From positions 39,247 to 103,246 of the forward strand of contig CALMYL010000015.1 in the NCBI GenBank assembly GCA_937873695.1: DNA of 64,000 nt, read 5' to 3'. The stretch's first letter is position 1. The number at the start of each line of letters is the position of its first letter. Positions 8,501 through 17,608 of the stretch are shown piece after piece. The notes under the pieces were generated by a model. It ran no database searches. It was not told where the DNA came from and worked only from the letters and a program-made list of their open reading frames with translations. The position numbers were made by a program, and so were the translations under genes. The DNA comes from an uncultured Ignavibacteria bacterium. Its GTDB lineage: Bacteria > Bacteroidota > Ignavibacteria > Tepidaquicellales > OLB5.

Positions 8501-10213
8501 ATGAAATTTTTTGCGGTACTACTTATTACCATATTTGCTATTGCCAATGTACCGGCACAGGAAAAATGGTCAACATCCAGAAAACCCGTTACGGGAAATT
8601 ATACAAAACTCCCTTCTGAAAACTACTCATGGCAGAACACCAACAGAACAACAGCAGTATACCAGCTTGATAACATGGTTATCACAGTGGGCCCCAGTGT
8701 ACGTGTTTTACCATCATCAAATGCACAGCAGGATGAGATAGTTCTTGTTAGACATCCCATTAATCAGAATATTATGTTTGGCGGCGCTAATACAACTGCC
8801 GGCGGTGTCTATGGCCAGGGCGGTTATATCACAACAGATGGCGGAGCAACATGGACAGGAAACAATCTGCTTTCACCGTTCACCCAATCATCAAGTGATC
8901 CGGGTCCAACCATAGATAAAAATGGCGTTATTATTTTCACAACATTAGATTCACCGGGAATGGTAGCGGCATATTCAACTAACAACGGCGTAAGCTGGTC
9001 GGGCAGAATAACTATCCAATCAGGGAGTGTTGACAAAAATTTTGCAGCATCAGATGACGCTCCATCGAGTCCGTATTACGGCAGAAGCTATTGTGTATGG
9101 AGCAATTTCGCAGTAGGACAGCCGCCGATAATGTGCGGTTATACCACAAACAGCGGTGTATCGTGGACCGGCGTAATGCAGGTGAACACACCGCTTTCAG
9201 GTCATTATTCACAGGGATGTGATGTTATGTGCGGACCAAACGGTGAAGTATACATCTGCTGGGCTGCTCCAACATCAGCATCACCTTACACTGAAGATTA
9301 CTGCGGGTTTGCAAAATCAACAAACGGCGGTACTTCATGGACAGTTTTGAATAACGCTTTTGATATGAACGGTATACGTGCAACAACCTTCAACGGGTGG
9401 AATTTCAGAGTAAACGGTTTCACAAGGATCGGCGTTGACAGGTCAGGCGGACCGAGGAACGGCTGGATATACGTAGTTGCAGCAGAGAAAAATCTTGCCC
9501 CGGCCGGATCTGATGCAGACGTGATCCTTCATAGTTCTTCAGATGGCGGTGCTACATGGTCAGCCGGCGTCAGAGTCAACCAGGATCCTTTGAACAACGG
9601 TAAAGTTCAGTTCTTCCCTGCTATCAGGGTTGATGAAAACGGCGGAGTGAATATTTGCTACTATGATAACAGGAATTATCCCTCAATTGGTGACTCATGT
9701 GAAACATACATGTCACGTTCAGTTGATGGCGGCGCAACATGGGAAGACGTAAAAGTGAGTGACCATGCATGGAAAGTTAAAGGAGAAGCAGGCTTAGGTA
9801 CATACGGCGGCGACTATATTGGTATTTCTTCGGGCAATGGCAAAATATTCCCGTTCTGGTTTGATGATAAAACCGGAACAATGCAAGCCTGGGTTGCAGC
9901 AGTTACCCCCGGGACCGTTGGCATAAACGGCAATACCAATGAGATACCGGCTTCATTTGAACTGAACCAGAATTACCCCAACCCGTTTAACCCGAATACT
10001 ACTATTGGTTTTGCACTGCCAAGTGAGCAGAATGTAAAGCTTGAAGTTTTTGATATGACGGGCAAAAGTGCGGGCGTATTGGTAAACAGTGACTTAAAAG
10101 CAGGCACATATAAATTTGATTTCAATGCTTCAGAACTTGCAAGCGGAATTTATTTCTATAAACTCACCGCAGGCAATTTTGTTAGCACAAAGAAAATGAT
10201 CTTAGTGAAGTAA
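8501..10213 (+). CDS. Secreted BNR-repeat (sialidase-like beta-propeller) protein with T9SS C-terminal sorting domain
   Basis: Signal peptide; six SxDxGxTW-type Asp-box repeats (TTDGGATW, STNNGVSW, TTNSGVSW, STNGGTSW, SSDGGATW, SVDGGATW); C-terminus NYPNPFNPNTTI...GIYFYKL...KKMILVK. Confidence 0.7.
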   Translation: MKFFAVLLITIFAIANVPAQEKWSTSRKPVTGNYTKLPSENYSWQNTNRTTAVYQLDNMVITVGPSVRVLPSSNAQQDEIVLVRHPINQNIMFGGANTTAGGVYGQGGYITTDGGATWTGNNLLSPFTQSSSDPGPTIDKNGVIIFTTLDSPGMVAAYSTNNGVSWSGRITIQSGSVDKNFAASDDAPSSPYYGRSYCVWSNFAVGQPPIMCGYTTNSGVSWTGVMQVNTPLSGHYSQGCDVMCGPNGEVYICWAAPTSASPYTEDYCGFAKSTNGGTSWTVLNNAFDMNGIRATTFNGWNFRVNGFTRIGVDRSGGPRNGWIYVVAAEKNLAPAGSDADVILHSSSDGGATWSAGVRVNQDPLNNGKVQFFPAIRVDENGGVNICYYDNRNYPSIGDSCETYMSRSVDGGATWEDVKVSDHAWKVKGEAGLGTYGGDYIGISSGNGKIFPFWFDDKTGTMQAWVAAVTPGTVGINGNTNEIPASFELNQNYPNPFNPNTTIGFALPSEQNVKLEVFDMTGKSAGVLVNSDLKAGTYKFDFNASELASGIYFYKLTAGNFVSTKKMILVK

Positions 10214-10243
10214 AACATCTATTTCACAACGCAGCTTTATTCA

Positions 10244-10272
10244 AAAACCCCGCTTTACAAGCGGGGTTTTTA
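10244..10272 (+). terminator. Rho-independent terminator
   Basis: aaaaccccgc-tttacaa-gcggggttttt. Confidence 0.75.
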
Positions 10273-10333
10273 TTTAAAATTAAAGATGTTTATTGGAAAG
10301 AAACACAGGCAGGAATGCCTGTGCTACCGGTTA

Positions 10334-10657
10334 TCATATACCCATACTGGCAAGCATTGCGGAAATATTATTAACTTTTTCAAACAGCTTAGGGTGTGAA
10401 ACCTCAAATTCAGTTACTGAATCCCTTAGTTCATTTATTGCGCTTTCAATCAGGTCAGGGTCTTTTTCTTCCTTTGTAAGTTCATCAGCTGAGCGTTTAA
10501 CACTCGACGAAATATTTTTCATCATCTCCGGTTTACCTGCCGCTCCCATTTCACTTTCAAGTTCATCAAGCAAACCCAGAAGTTCCCTCTTCTTTTCTTC
10601 ATTTATCGAGCCATCGGCTGTGAGCTTATCCTTTATTTCCTGCAGAGTATCTTTCAT
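10334..10657 (-). CDS. Small helical acidic protein, possibly DUF4404-like
   Basis: 107 aa, coiled/helical and E/K-rich; the family call rests on general resemblance only. Confidence 0.35.
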   Translation of the reverse strand: MKDTLQEIKDKLTADGSINEEKKRELLGLLDELESEMGAAGKPEMMKNISSSVKRSADELTKEEKDPDLIESAINELRDSVTEFEVSHPKLFEKVNNISAMLASMGI

Positions 10658-10767
10658 TTATAATATAATTTAATTTTAATTCACAAATATAACCATTTTA
10701 AGGAAATAAAAAATCAAATAATAAATTTGAAAATACCCTAAAACATTATAGGTTATAGACTATGAAT

Positions 10768-10928
10768 GACGCCGTAGGCATCAAACATTTATAATTAACA
10801 TTAAGATAACATACGACACCGTAGGTGTCGCACATTGGACAACTTAAAGGATAAATTTATGTGCGATGCCTACGGCATCGGATAATAATGAAAACTTCAT
10901 CTATAAATGTGGAATCCCTACGGGATTC
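10768..10928. repeat. Four REP-like hairpin elements, two in each orientation
   Basis: Consensus ATGTG-[7 nt]-TAC-[7 nt reverse complement]: cgatgcc/ggcatcg, gaatccc/gggattc, and in reverse orientation cgacacc/ggtgtcg and gacgcc/ggcatc. Confidence 0.7.
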
Positions 10929-11054
10929 TTGTTAGGTCTAATCCGGATGCAAAGAACTTTTTGTATTTATGACGTGCTCATGACTGTGCGTGTAATATAA
11001 AAAAAGAGACATCCGCACAGGACGCCTCTTTAATAGAAATGATTCAATTTTCTG

Positions 11055-12182
11055 TTATTCTAATACATGAATATTCTTTTCAGCGCATATTTCTTTAAGC
11101 TGTTTTGGCCATATTGTTACGCTAACTTCGCCTAAATGGGCTTTCCTTAAAAGCAGCATTTGCAGCCTTGACTGTCCTATACCACCGCCAACACTTAATG
11201 GCACTTCATCATGAAGTACAGCGCTGTGGTATGGTGTAGAAACAAGATCAAGCTGGTTAGAAAGTTTTAACTGCTCTCTTAGTGTTTCAGCATTAACCCT
11301 GATACCCATTGAAGAAAGCTCATGTCTGCGTTTTGTTAAATGGTTCCAAACAAGGATATCGCCATTCAAGCCGTGATACTGTTCACCATTTTTGGTTACA
11401 GTAGGTGTTACCCAGTCATCATAATCAGCAGCGCGCATTTCATGCGGGTAGCCATCATTTAATACCCAGCCAATACCAATTATGAATACAGCGGGATACT
11501 TCTGTAAAATCTGAGTTTCCCTTTGTTTCCTCGGCAGGTCAGGGAACATCTCAAGAATTTCTTCTGCATGAAGGAAAACCAATTCTTCCGGTAAATTGGG
11601 GAATCTTGGATCTTTAAGCTGCGGGAACATTTCCTGAACGTGTTTTTCTGCGCCAACAAACACTTTCCAAATCCCTTTAACAATCATTTTCAGGAAATCA
11701 AGATTGCGGTCTTTGGCAGTAATTACTCTTTCCCAATCCCACTGGTCAACATAGCTTGAGTGGTCATGATCGAGGAAGTAATCTTTCCTGACTGCTCTCA
11801 TATCTGTGTTCAGACCTTCGCCGGGCTGCATACCAAACTGCTTCAGGGCAACTCTTTTCCATTTTGTAGCTGCCTGAACAACCTGTGCTTCCATACGTTT
11901 TGGTAATCCAAGTCCGCAGGGGAATTCAACCGGTGTCCTTGAGCCGTCACGGTCAAGATTATCATTTACGCCGCTTTCCTTATCAACTATCAGCGGTACC
12001 TGCACCATCATCAGGTTCAGTTCCTTGCAAAGATTTTCTTCAATATAGCTCTTTACGGCATATATAGCTTTTTGTGTATCTTTTTTATTGAGTATTGATG
12101 AATAGTTTTCGGGAAGTATTTTTGATACTTCCGGGTAAGTGCTGATTCCCGGGCCTGCGAGATCCGCTTTTTTATCTGACAT
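11055..12182 (-). CDS. asnA: Aspartate--ammonia ligase (asparagine synthetase A)
   Basis: YVDQWDWERV, GLNGDILVWN, ELSSMGIRV and GGGIGQSRLQMLLL match E. coli AsnA blocks. Confidence 0.9.
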   Translation of the reverse strand: MSDKKADLAGPGISTYPEVSKILPENYSSILNKKDTQKAIYAVKSYIEENLCKELNLMMVQVPLIVDKESGVNDNLDRDGSRTPVEFPCGLGLPKRMEAQVVQAATKWKRVALKQFGMQPGEGLNTDMRAVRKDYFLDHDHSSYVDQWDWERVITAKDRNLDFLKMIVKGIWKVFVGAEKHVQEMFPQLKDPRFPNLPEELVFLHAEEILEMFPDLPRKQRETQILQKYPAVFIIGIGWVLNDGYPHEMRAADYDDWVTPTVTKNGEQYHGLNGDILVWNHLTKRRHELSSMGIRVNAETLREQLKLSNQLDLVSTPYHSAVLHDEVPLSVGGGIGQSRLQMLLLRKAHLGEVSVTIWPKQLKEICAEKNIHVLE

Positions 12183-12391
12183 TGTTAATTCTCCGTTATA
12201 TTATGTTATATGAATCAAAAAAAACAATTCGCCTAATTACACAAAATTATCTGTTTTTCAGAATTTTAACTATGATATGGGTCAACCGGAGAAATGATAT
12301 AAATCATATGGATACCCGATAATTATCGGAAATATCCTGAAATCAAGCTGCAAATCACCTGCAAGCAGCACTAAATCACGGCAAAAAGGAT

Positions 12392-13141
12392 CTATACCGC
12401 TGTTAATTCCTCACTATAGTAATTTAAAGCAAGCTTTTCCTTAAGCAGTTCTATATGATCCGAGATCAAAGCTATTATCTCCTGCGGCAATAGCTTGTCT
12501 GTATTTATCACAAGGTCATAATGATGCGGGTCATTAAGATCCACGCCAAAGAGTTTTTTCACGTAATCATGTCTTTGGCAGTCTTCTTTTTTAATGTATT
12601 CTTCAGCCTGCTTAAGAGTGAGTGTGTACTCATCAACCATGTGTTTTACCCTTTGCTGCAGCGAACCGATAAGCCTGATATGCAGCCCGTTCCGGTGGTG
12701 CCTTGTAATGTAAAACGACCCCCTCCCAACAATTATTACATTTCCCATATCAGCAAGTTTAATAATTGATTTACTGATATTATGCGCCATTTCGCGCTTG
12801 GTGGGATGAAGCCCAAAGAGCTCTTCGAACATTGTCTGAATATCGGAAAATTTCCTTTCGGGCAGCAAGCCCTGGATACCCGTTAAATTGTAATCCTGTA
12901 CAACCCGTTTAACCAGGTCCTTATCGTATAACGTCCACGGACACTCGCCGGAAGGCTGTTTACTGCTCAGTTCATCAAGAAGTGTATTGGTTATGGCAGA
13001 CTCACCAGTTCCGGCTTCTCTTGAAATTGTGATAAAAGGCAGTAATCTGGGATGGTAACCCTCGCTTTTGGTAAGCTCGTTGCGTTTTAACTGGCAGAAA
13101 AGGTATGATTTGCTTAGATCAACAAACTTGTTGTATTCCAT
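12392..13141 (-). CDS. Cytidylate-kinase-like family protein (predicted nucleotide kinase fold)
   Basis: ITISREAGTGES P-loop-like start and length typical of the cytidylate kinase-like family; weak by-eye call. Confidence 0.45.
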   Translation of the reverse strand: MEYNKFVDLSKSYLFCQLKRNELTKSEGYHPRLLPFITISREAGTGESAITNTLLDELSSKQPSGECPWTLYDKDLVKRVVQDYNLTGIQGLLPERKFSDIQTMFEELFGLHPTKREMAHNISKSIIKLADMGNVIIVGRGSFYITRHHRNGLHIRLIGSLQQRVKHMVDEYTLTLKQAEEYIKKEDCQRHDYVKKLFGVDLNDPHHYDLVINTDKLLPQEIIALISDHIELLKEKLALNYYSEELTAV

Positions 13142-13313
13142 TACACTCTACCTCCTTTTCAGTAGGTTGGCGCTATTTTTTATTCAGAAAGCAAAGCAGA
13201 GACACTTTACCTTCCAAACAAATATAATACAGCAAACAAGTTTTACCAATGATTGTTATCAGGCGGGGTAGTGATATATATCCTTCAGCGGGATATAAAG
13301 AATTCCCGGAGTG

Positions 13314-15515
13314 TCAAAAGAATATTTTCTTGGCTCTTGATATTTCTTCCTGCAGCAAACGGTAGTTTTCGGGGAATTTATCTTCAGTGAAAATCTTCAG
13401 CGCATCATCAAATGATGCGATCGCTTTGTGGTAATTCTCTGTTTTATCTTCGTAGCCTGAAAGGCTTAGGTAAGCTTTGCCAAGCCCGAATTTACACTCC
13501 GCAAACTGAATAGGATATTTGTTTTCAGTGCGTATCTTCATTGATTCCTCAAAAGCATCAATAGCCCGGTAAAGCGGTTCAGCATCATTTTCAAGCTCGC
13601 TCTTCACAAGGCAGGCATCACCCAGATTAAACATTGTATTGGCATACTGAATTGGAACCTGCTCAGGCTTTCTAACTTCAAGCGCTTCTTCAAATGCACT
13701 GATAGCTTTATCCAGATTTTGTTTTTTATCCTTTATCAAAGCAAGCATTGAATATGCGTTGCCGATATTATTCTTTGTTAAACCGTACTGCAGCGGTGCT
13801 TTTTCTTTTGATTGCAGTGCAAGCACATCGTTATATGCTTCTATTGAACGCTTCAGATTGCTTTCAGCATCTTCGATATCTGAAAGCCGCGCATATGTAT
13901 TTGCGATATTATTTTTAGTAAGAGCGTATAATTTCGGGCTCTCCTTAATTATTTCTACCTGCAGTGCTTCTTCAAAAGAAGCAATTGCCTTCCTGTAATT
14001 AGTTGTTTTATCTTTTACTTCAGCTAAAATCAGGTAAGCGCCGCCAAGGTTATTATGCGCCCTTGCGTATTCCTGCGGATAAGCCCTTTTGCTGAATACT
14101 TTTAACGCTTCATTGTAAGCATTAATGGCAACCAGACAATTCTCTTCCCGTGATTCTACCTCAGCAAATGCAGTATATGTGTTGCCTATCCTGTTCTTAA
14201 TTCTCGCGTATTCAACCGGGTGAGATTCTATGCTTATTGTTTTTAAAATTTCATTAAAATACTCAATTGATCTCGCGCAGTTTACAAGTGTATCCTGTAC
14301 TTTGGAAAGCGACCAGTATGACTGTCCAAGGTAATTTTGCGCTTTGATATATTCTGTGTGCTGGTTTTCTTTATCTATCAATGCAAGTACCTTTTCGAAT
14401 GAGCCAATAGCAATTTTCATATAATCACCAATTTTAGTATCAACTATACCTATATCATAAGCTCTTTCGCCAATCATCTGCAATACTTCCGCGTTATCTG
14501 TAAATACCTCGGCCATGCTTTCAAAAATATCAGTCTGCTGAAGCTCGACTTCGGGTTTTACTACGAATTCCAGGTAAGCATCTTCTGCCCATATTTTATT
14601 TCTGCGCGCGATCTTAACAAATTCTTTATCTTCAAGATTTTTTATCCATCCCGTCCACTCAAAATCCCTGCCTTCAAGCTCAAACATTCCCGCGGCCTTT
14701 TTTATCCACTCAAGTCTGAAAATACTGTTCTCTTCATATATGCCGCTTTTATAAAGATTCCGTAATGAGCGGAGTATGGTCTTTTCGATGTTGTCGCAAT
14801 TATCAAAACGTCTTTCCATTTCGCTTAGCCGCATAAAAATGGAACCGATCGTTCCGTTGAATTTAACGGTATCCCATTTCATCCCCAGCTTTTCGGAAAC
14901 AAGTTTTCCTTCATCAGCGGAAATTTTTTCCATCTCAATTATATCATCACCGAAAATAATATCAAGGTCAAGGTTCTGCTCTACCATTTTGTTCTTTACC
15001 TTTTTGAATTCCCTGCCGGAATGGCAAGTTGCCGCAATTGGAATTCCTCTTTCTTTAGCTTCGCGAAAGAGTAAATGAAAACTATCCTGCCTTTCAATAT
15101 AATACTGAAGGTCATCAATAAATATCATTTGCGGTTTCCAGAAAATAAAATCTTTGGGGAACTGAAAGTTCTGTATAGGCACGCTCCTGGGAACAAGGAG
15201 GTGTATGGAAGATTTCTGCTGCTTCAGCGCATTGTAGAACGCGCGCGTCTTGCCGCTAAGCGGCGGTCCGACAATAATTACATTTCGCCTGCGCTCCAAT
15301 GAACGCTGTATCTGGTTATCAATACTTCGGGCGTAATAATACTCTTCAAACGGGCGTTCACCAAGAAGCTCCCTGGCTTTGAGTTTGTTGCTGCTTTTCC
15401 AGATAACGGAATAGTAATTTTTGTACTCTTTCCGGAGCTTTATAATATAACCCGCGGCGGGAGCCGCAATGGTGGCTATAATTCCCAGAATAGTCAATAA
15501 AATTGTCAGATCCAT
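13314..15515 (-). CDS. Membrane-anchored P-loop NTPase fused to seven tandem 47-residue TPR-like repeats (STAND-like architecture)
   Basis: N-terminal TM helix; Walker A GPPLSGKT; Walker B-like MIFIDD; C-terminal repeats of the form YPxEYAxxxNNLGxAYxxLAEVxDKxxNxxKAIxAFEEAL. Confidence 0.7.
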   Translation of the reverse strand: MDLTILLTILGIIATIAAPAAGYIIKLRKEYKNYYSVIWKSSNKLKARELLGERPFEEYYYARSIDNQIQRSLERRRNVIIVGPPLSGKTRAFYNALKQQKSSIHLLVPRSVPIQNFQFPKDFIFWKPQMIFIDDLQYYIERQDSFHLLFREAKERGIPIAATCHSGREFKKVKNKMVEQNLDLDIIFGDDIIEMEKISADEGKLVSEKLGMKWDTVKFNGTIGSIFMRLSEMERRFDNCDNIEKTILRSLRNLYKSGIYEENSIFRLEWIKKAAGMFELEGRDFEWTGWIKNLEDKEFVKIARRNKIWAEDAYLEFVVKPEVELQQTDIFESMAEVFTDNAEVLQMIGERAYDIGIVDTKIGDYMKIAIGSFEKVLALIDKENQHTEYIKAQNYLGQSYWSLSKVQDTLVNCARSIEYFNEILKTISIESHPVEYARIKNRIGNTYTAFAEVESREENCLVAINAYNEALKVFSKRAYPQEYARAHNNLGGAYLILAEVKDKTTNYRKAIASFEEALQVEIIKESPKLYALTKNNIANTYARLSDIEDAESNLKRSIEAYNDVLALQSKEKAPLQYGLTKNNIGNAYSMLALIKDKKQNLDKAISAFEEALEVRKPEQVPIQYANTMFNLGDACLVKSELENDAEPLYRAIDAFEESMKIRTENKYPIQFAECKFGLGKAYLSLSGYEDKTENYHKAIASFDDALKIFTEDKFPENYRLLQEEISRAKKIFF

Positions 15516-15543
15516 TTACCAGGTCTTTAAAGAAGCGGGAATG

Positions 15544-16401
15544 CTATTTTGTTTTTCTAACCTTTTTGTAATTCACACCGCGTTTTTGGTTGAACGCGCT
15601 TATACCTTCTTTTACTTCACCGCTCAGGTTGTGTAATGAGAGCCAATCGCGTGCATGGCCAATAGTAGTATGCCATGAAAGATCACGCCAGAAGTTAAGC
15701 TGCTGTTTAGTATACCTAAGGCACTCAGGCAGCTTGTTATACAGCTTCTTCGCAAGAAGGTCGACGGCTTCATCAAGTTTTTCATACGGTACAACCTGGT
15801 TAACAAGTCCCCACTCAAGCGCTTTTGCTGCGGGTATTTCTTCGCAGAGGAATAATATTTCACGGGCGCGCCTGTCGCCAACCATGATAGGCAAAAATTG
15901 AGTTGCCCCCGCGGCAGCTACGCTGCCTCTTGCTGCGCCAACCTGCCTTATATAGATATGATCAGAAGCAATGGCAAGATCGCAGCTCATATTAAGCTCA
16001 TTGCCGCCTCCAACAACAATACCGTTCAGCCTTGCAATAGTTGGCTTGCCAACATTGCGCATAACTTCGTGCAGCTGAATGAATTCATACATCCATTTAT
16101 AATAATCGTTCGGATTGCCGAGGAAATATTCCTGCTGTTCATTAAGGTCAGCCCCGGTTGAAAATGCCTGTTTGCCCGCGCCGGTTAAAATAATTACAGC
16201 AATATTATCATCCCACGAAGCATCCTTAAATGCAGCGGTAAGCTCGTGTATTGTGGTCAGGTCAAGGCAGTTTAGTACTTTTACCCTGTTGATAGTTATA
16301 GTAGCCTTATAATCCTCTTTTTTGTAGATTATGTGCTTAAACTTAAAACTTTTGGGTGATTTACCCGAATAGATATTTTTCTTTCCCTGTTTCTTTGGCA
16401 T
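15544..16401 (-). CDS. Enoyl-CoA hydratase/isomerase (crotonase) superfamily protein, MenB/BadI-like subgroup
   Basis: ITINR...DDNIAVIILTGAG...AFSTGAD, AREILFLC and EGISAFNQKR blocks parallel MenB; MenB-specific GGDQ/GGWG residues are absent. Confidence 0.75.
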   Translation of the reverse strand: MPKKQGKKNIYSGKSPKSFKFKHIIYKKEDYKATITINRVKVLNCLDLTTIHELTAAFKDASWDDNIAVIILTGAGKQAFSTGADLNEQQEYFLGNPNDYYKWMYEFIQLHEVMRNVGKPTIARLNGIVVGGGNELNMSCDLAIASDHIYIRQVGAARGSVAAAGATQFLPIMVGDRRAREILFLCEEIPAAKALEWGLVNQVVPYEKLDEAVDLLAKKLYNKLPECLRYTKQQLNFWRDLSWHTTIGHARDWLSLHNLSGEVKEGISAFNQKRGVNYKKVRKTK

Positions 16402-16460
16402 ATTAATGTGTTAATTTTTTTGCAAATTATTCATTATTGCAAAGAGTTACAATTCAATAA

Positions 16461-16606
16461 ATAGTGAAATAGCGGCATAGTGAGATAGTGACTCTTTTGT
16501 ATTTTCCGTTTTGTGCATTGGATAGCTGATTCAGGATTTCGGGATTTCATCATTCCCTAACTTAAAATCACCCTATTTATCTATTTCACTATTTCTTTAT
16601 TTCACT
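16461..16606. repeat. Inverted pair of octamer-periodic arrays in a divergent promoter region
   Basis: atagtgaa|atagcggc|atagtgag|atagtgac at 16461..16492; ctatttat|ctatttca|ctatttct|ttatttca at 16573..16604. Confidence 0.7.
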
Positions 16607-16630
16607 TTTTAGATTAAGTTAGCAGTATAA

Positions 16631-17479
16631 ATGACAGATATTTCAGTAATAATAGTAACGTGGAACAGCCGTGATGAAATTGTTAATTGCGTTAGCTCTG
16701 TAATTAGCGCATTGCAGGGGTTTGATTCGGAGCTGATCATTATTGATAATAATTCCCAGGATGATTCCTTTGCAATGGTTAACAAAATTGATTTTCCAAA
16801 ACTCAATGCGGTACAAAATTCGGAAAATCTTGGCTATACAAAAGCTATAAACCAGGGGATAAAGCTATCCAAAGGAAAATATGTTTTACTGCTGAATCCC
16901 GATACAGCGTTAAATGATAGCAGCATTAAGGTTATGTATGATTTCCTGGAAGCAAACCCCGGCTACGGCGCATGCGCCCCGTTAATGAAAAATCCCGATG
17001 GCAGCGTACAGTATTCAGTGCGTAACTTCCCCACATACTGGCGTATGTTCTGTGAATTCAGCCTGCTTGCATATATATTTCCTAAAACAAGACTCTTCGG
17101 CTCATGGAAAGCGAAGTATATGGATTACAGCCTGGAGCAGGATATCGAGCAGCCTATGGCTGCGGCGTTTATGGTACGCAGTGAACTGCTGGCTGAAATT
17201 GATAATATGGATGAACGCTTCAGGATGTTCTTTAATGATGTTGACCTGTGCAAGAAGATCTATGATGCAGGTTTTAAGATAAAGCTTCTGCCCTCTTCAG
17301 TTGTAACACACGAACACGGCGCGAGCATTAAAAAAGACCGTGCTAATATGATTAGAGTATGGAACGATGATTGCGGGAAATATTTTGAAAAACATTTCGG
17401 GAAAGGTTTCATGCTGATCTGGCTTAAGATAAACCTTAAAATTTCCGGGATCATTCGTGTTTTTTTGACTAAAAAATAA
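16631..17479 (+). CDS. Family 2 glycosyltransferase
   Basis: VIIVTWNS...IIIDNNSQDDS...LLLNPD motifs typical of GT2. Confidence 0.85.
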   Translation: MTDISVIIVTWNSRDEIVNCVSSVISALQGFDSELIIIDNNSQDDSFAMVNKIDFPKLNAVQNSENLGYTKAINQGIKLSKGKYVLLLNPDTALNDSSIKVMYDFLEANPGYGACAPLMKNPDGSVQYSVRNFPTYWRMFCEFSLLAYIFPKTRLFGSWKAKYMDYSLEQDIEQPMAAAFMVRSELLAEIDNMDERFRMFFNDVDLCKKIYDAGFKIKLLPSSVVTHEHGASIKKDRANMIRVWNDDCGKYFEKHFGKGFMLIWLKINLKISGIIRVFLTKK

Positions 17480-17608
17480 AGATCATTTTCATATATTTTC
17501 CCTCATAATAGCAATAAACACAATAGTTTATATGTTATACCAAGTAGTATTATACCAATTAGTATAATACCATATGGTATAATGATATTATTATTCGTAT
17601 TTTTGTAT

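Noticed and set aside
10768-10928. Whether the hairpin clusters (10.8 kb, 39.7 kb) or the periodic arrays (16.5 kb, 32.25 kb, 40.8 kb) are CRISPR arrays.
   Set aside because: There is no constant repeat of 24-48 nt separated by unique spacers of similar size. The units are 7-25 nt, vary in sequence and orientation, and no cas genes are in the window.
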